DNA of 64,000 nucleotides from Synechococcus sp. (GTDB lineage Bacteria; Cyanobacteriota; Cyanobacteriia; PCC-6307; Cyanobiaceae): NCBI GenBank assembly GCA_047285535.1, contig JBJBDC010000001.1, positions 160,136 to 224,135 of the forward strand, read 5' to 3'. Shown piece by piece: positions 61,689 to 64,000 of this stretch (position 1 is its first letter; each line of letters starts with the position of its first letter). The notes under the pieces were generated by a model. It saw only the letters and a program-made list of their open reading frames with translations, ran no database searches and was not told where the DNA came from. The position numbers and the translations under genes were made by a program.

Positions 61689-62012
61689 TCAGAGATGCTT
61701 TGAAATAGTGCCAGAGAGCGTTGCTTTGGGTACTGCACCCACAACGGTGTCAACTTTTTGTCCGCTCTTGAACACCATCAAAGTGGGAATACTGCGAATC
61801 CCGTACTGACTGGCAACATTTGGATTCTCATCGGTATTTAGCTTGAAAACCTTGATTTTGCCTTCAAATTCCTTGGAGATCTCGTCAACAATTGGAGCGA
61901 CCATGCGGCAAGGACCACACCATGGAGCCCAGAAGTCCACCAAGACTGGAACGTCACTTTGAAGGACATCCTGTTCAAAGGATGCGTCTGTTACAGCGGT
62001 AGCGCTGGACAT
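61689..62012 (-). CDS. trxA: Thioredoxin (m-type)
   Basis: [17 protein letters not shown]. Confidence 0.97.
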   Translation of the reverse strand: MSSATAVTDASFEQDVLQSDVPVLVDFWAPWCGPCRMVAPIVDEISKEFEGKIKVFKLNTDENPNVASQYGIRSIPTLMVFKSGQKVDTVVGAVPKATLSGTISKHL

Positions 62013-62125
62013 TCCGTTTTTGTCGTTATGAAGCGAATTTAGCAACCACTGCCCAAGTTTTCTAGGAATCAGCGGGCAGGCTCCCGAACTGTGACTGTTT
62101 CGAGAAGAGATTTAGAGAAAAGACA

Positions 62126-62185
62126 GAAAGCCCGAACGCGTCGGGCCAGGGGGTGTGAGGAGTGTGTGGGACGAAGCCCGCACAC
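62126..62185 (-). ncRNA. yfr1: Yfr1 small RNA
   Basis: Minus strand GTGTGCGGGCTTCGTCCCACAC-ACTCCTCACAC-CCCCTG-GCCCGACGCGTTCGGGC-TTTCT: the conserved 11-mer between two hairpins, in the known guaB-trxA location. Confidence 0.93.
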
Positions 62186-62242
62186 TCCAAGATTACAGCG
62201 TGTCTCACCCTTCGAAAGCTTAATTCTGTTTGAGATCAACCC

Positions 62243-63406
62243 TTATTTCCCCATCCCCAGTTGCTGCGCTTTCTGATAAACCTTGCCTTCTGTGAGTAAG
62301 GATGGGGCGACCACGACCTCAACCTGTTGCATCTCTTTGATCGTACGAGCTCCAAGGGTTCCCATCGAGGTCTTGAGACAACCAAGAAGATTGTGCGTTC
62401 CGTCATCCAGTTTTGCTGGGCCACGCAGGATGCGCTCCAAGCTTCCGGTGCTCCCAACATTGATGCGGGTTCCACGAGGTAGCACTGGGCTCGGTGTTGC
62501 CATTCCCCAGTGGAATCCTCGACCAGGTGCTTCTTCAGCGCGTGCAATGGGAGATCCAATCATCACGGCATCCGCACCGCAGGCAATACATTTGCAAATA
62601 TCACCTCCAGTGACGATTCCGCCGTCGGCCACAATCGGAACGTACCTGCCGCTTTCTTTCTCAAAGTCTTCCCTGGCAGCGGCGCAATCGGCTACAGCCG
62701 TCGCTTGAGGGATTCCAACTCCCAGAACACCACGGGAGGTGCAGGCAGCGCCTGGACCAATGCCTACCATCACACCGGAGGCACCAGCGCGCATCAGTTG
62801 CAAGGCAACCTCGTAGGTGACGCAGTTTCCAATCACCACGGGAACGCCAAGGTCTCGGCATAACGCTTCGAGATTTAACGTCTCATGCCCTTCGGGACCG
62901 ATGTGGTCGGTGGAGACCACGGTGGCTTGAACAAAAAACAGATCTGCGCCAGCTTCTGCGATCGCCTCCCCATAGCGCAGGGCTGCAACTGGAGTTCCAC
63001 TTACGGCAGCAATTCCTCCCTTGGATTTAATCGATTCAATCCGTTTGCGGATCAGGCTTTCCTGAATTGGTTTGCTGTAGATCTCCTGCATCAAAGGCAC
63101 AAATTCATCCTTGCCAACGGCTGTGATCCGATCAAGAGCGGTTGTGGGGTCTTCGTAGCGAGTTTGAATACCTTCCAGGTTCAAAACTCCAAGTGCACCA
63201 AGTTCAGACAGTTGCACTGCCACGCCCACATCAACAACGCCGTCCATGGCACTCGCAATGATTGGGATATTGCGAGTGATGCCTCCGATCGACCAGCTTG
63301 TGTCGGTGATCTCAGGGTCAACCGTTCGACCTCCTGGAACTAGGGCAATCTCATCGATGCCATAGGCCCGGCGAACAACTTTTGATCGTCCGAGCTGAAT
63401 GTCCAC
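62243..63406 (-). CDS. guaB: IMP dehydrogenase family protein (GuaB3 type)
   Basis: IIASAMDGV, GIGPGAACTSR, ADGGI, WGMATP; no CBS domains. Confidence 0.93.
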   Translation of the reverse strand: MDIQLGRSKVVRRAYGIDEIALVPGGRTVDPEITDTSWSIGGITRNIPIIASAMDGVVDVGVAVQLSELGALGVLNLEGIQTRYEDPTTALDRITAVGKDEFVPLMQEIYSKPIQESLIRKRIESIKSKGGIAAVSGTPVAALRYGEAIAEAGADLFFVQATVVSTDHIGPEGHETLNLEALCRDLGVPVVIGNCVTYEVALQLMRAGASGVMVGIGPGAACTSRGVLGVGIPQATAVADCAAAREDFEKESGRYVPIVADGGIVTGGDICKCIACGADAVMIGSPIARAEEAPGRGFHWGMATPSPVLPRGTRINVGSTGSLERILRGPAKLDDGTHNLLGCLKTSMGTLGARTIKEMQQVEVVVAPSLLTEGKVYQKAQQLGMGK

Positions 63407-63466
63407 CGTTTGTCGTACTCAAGATCAGGACAAACTAACAACCGGTGAACCAGTTGATCGCAGCGA

Positions 63467-64000
63467 TCAGGAAAGATCAGAGCCACGGAAGGCGCCCCAA
63501 ATTCCGCTGATGTTTTTTAGAAGTGTTTTTCTCTCTTCGCTACGGATGAGTTTCGTCGCCGAGAACCAGATCAGCCAGCCGAGGCCTACCAGTTCAAACA
63601 TCCGTGGAACGAGAGGGATACTGTCAATTGCCGCCAGGATTCCGCTGTAGATTCTGATGAGCAAAGTCAGGACAATTAAGCCAATAATCAAATAGATGGG
63701 TCTACGGGAGCGTTTCCAGAGTTCAACCAGGTTGTTCTCTTGCCACCATTGACGAACTTTGGCGGTGAGCAGATCCCACTCACCACCACTGCTGGATGTG
63801 TCGTCTTTGTCTTCTGTAGCAGTCGCCGATACTTCAATACGTTCAGCGATTGCTTCTGATTCAGTTGGTGTTGCAACTTCAGATGGTGTTGCAACTTCAG
63901 ATGGTGTTGCAACGGAATCTTCAACTGGACCCCGCCCGATGAGTGAAGTGTTTTTGCTTGGGGCAACTGAATCGAGTGGCTCTGAGGCTGGAGGCTCAGC
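63467..64000 (-). CDS. CAAD/CURT1-domain protein (5' end outside the window)
   Basis: AAIDSIPLVPRMFELVGLGWLIWF...L...ERK; the frame continues upstream through GGEWDLL and an acidic Pro-rich region. Confidence 0.88.
   Translation of the reverse strand, partial: AEPPASEPLDSVAPSKNTSLIGRGPVEDSVATPSEVATPSEVATPTESEAIAERIEVSATATEDKDDTSSSGGEWDLLTAKVRQWWQENNLVELWKRSRRPIYLIIGLIVLTLLIRIYSGILAAIDSIPLVPRMFELVGLGWLIWFSATKLIRSEERKTLLKNISGIWGAFRGSDLS
63860..63913 (-). repeat. 3 x 18-bp in-frame tandem repeat (VATPSE/VATPTE)
   Basis: TTCAG(T/A)TGGTGTTGCAAC three times on the + strand. Confidence 0.9.

Noticed and set aside
63860..63913. CRISPR-like repeat
   Set aside because: Contiguous 18-bp units without spacers, in frame within a CDS; no cas genes

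Overview
Chromosomal segment of a marine picocyanobacterium, most likely a marine Synechococcus, judged from gene content and order. Most of the window is conserved core genes: ycf39 end, ArsM-like methyltransferase, rluE, infA, NTRC-type trxB, SF2 helicase, pntAB, dxr, cysS, polA, ychF, peptide ABC genes, hom, sufE, ruvC, chlI, trmJ, cytM, petG, rsmD, hisH, trxA, Yfr1 sRNA, guaB-like and a CAAD protein. Two visibly AT-richer accessory regions interrupt it. (1) About 16.1-24.4 kb, between cysS and polA: an intact four-gene TolC/HlyD/ABC/ABC cassette of the NHLP (Nif11/nitrile-hydratase leader peptide) exporter type. Its C39 peptidase lacks the catalytic Cys and His, both ATPase domains are degenerate, and no precursor or modifying enzyme is adjacent. 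This is the best candidate for an undescribed system. (2) About 40.2-55.0 kb: a gene-poor island with a Tat-exported beta-carbonic anhydrase, an AbrB-like regulator, a SelO pseudogene, a signal-peptide Ni-SOD without sodX, several small secreted Cys-containing proteins and an unannotated 39-aa membrane peptide overlapping a ~100-nt nested hairpin. No tRNA, rRNA, CRISPR array, integrase or transposase was recognised. All family calls come from motif recognition by eye, not from database searches.
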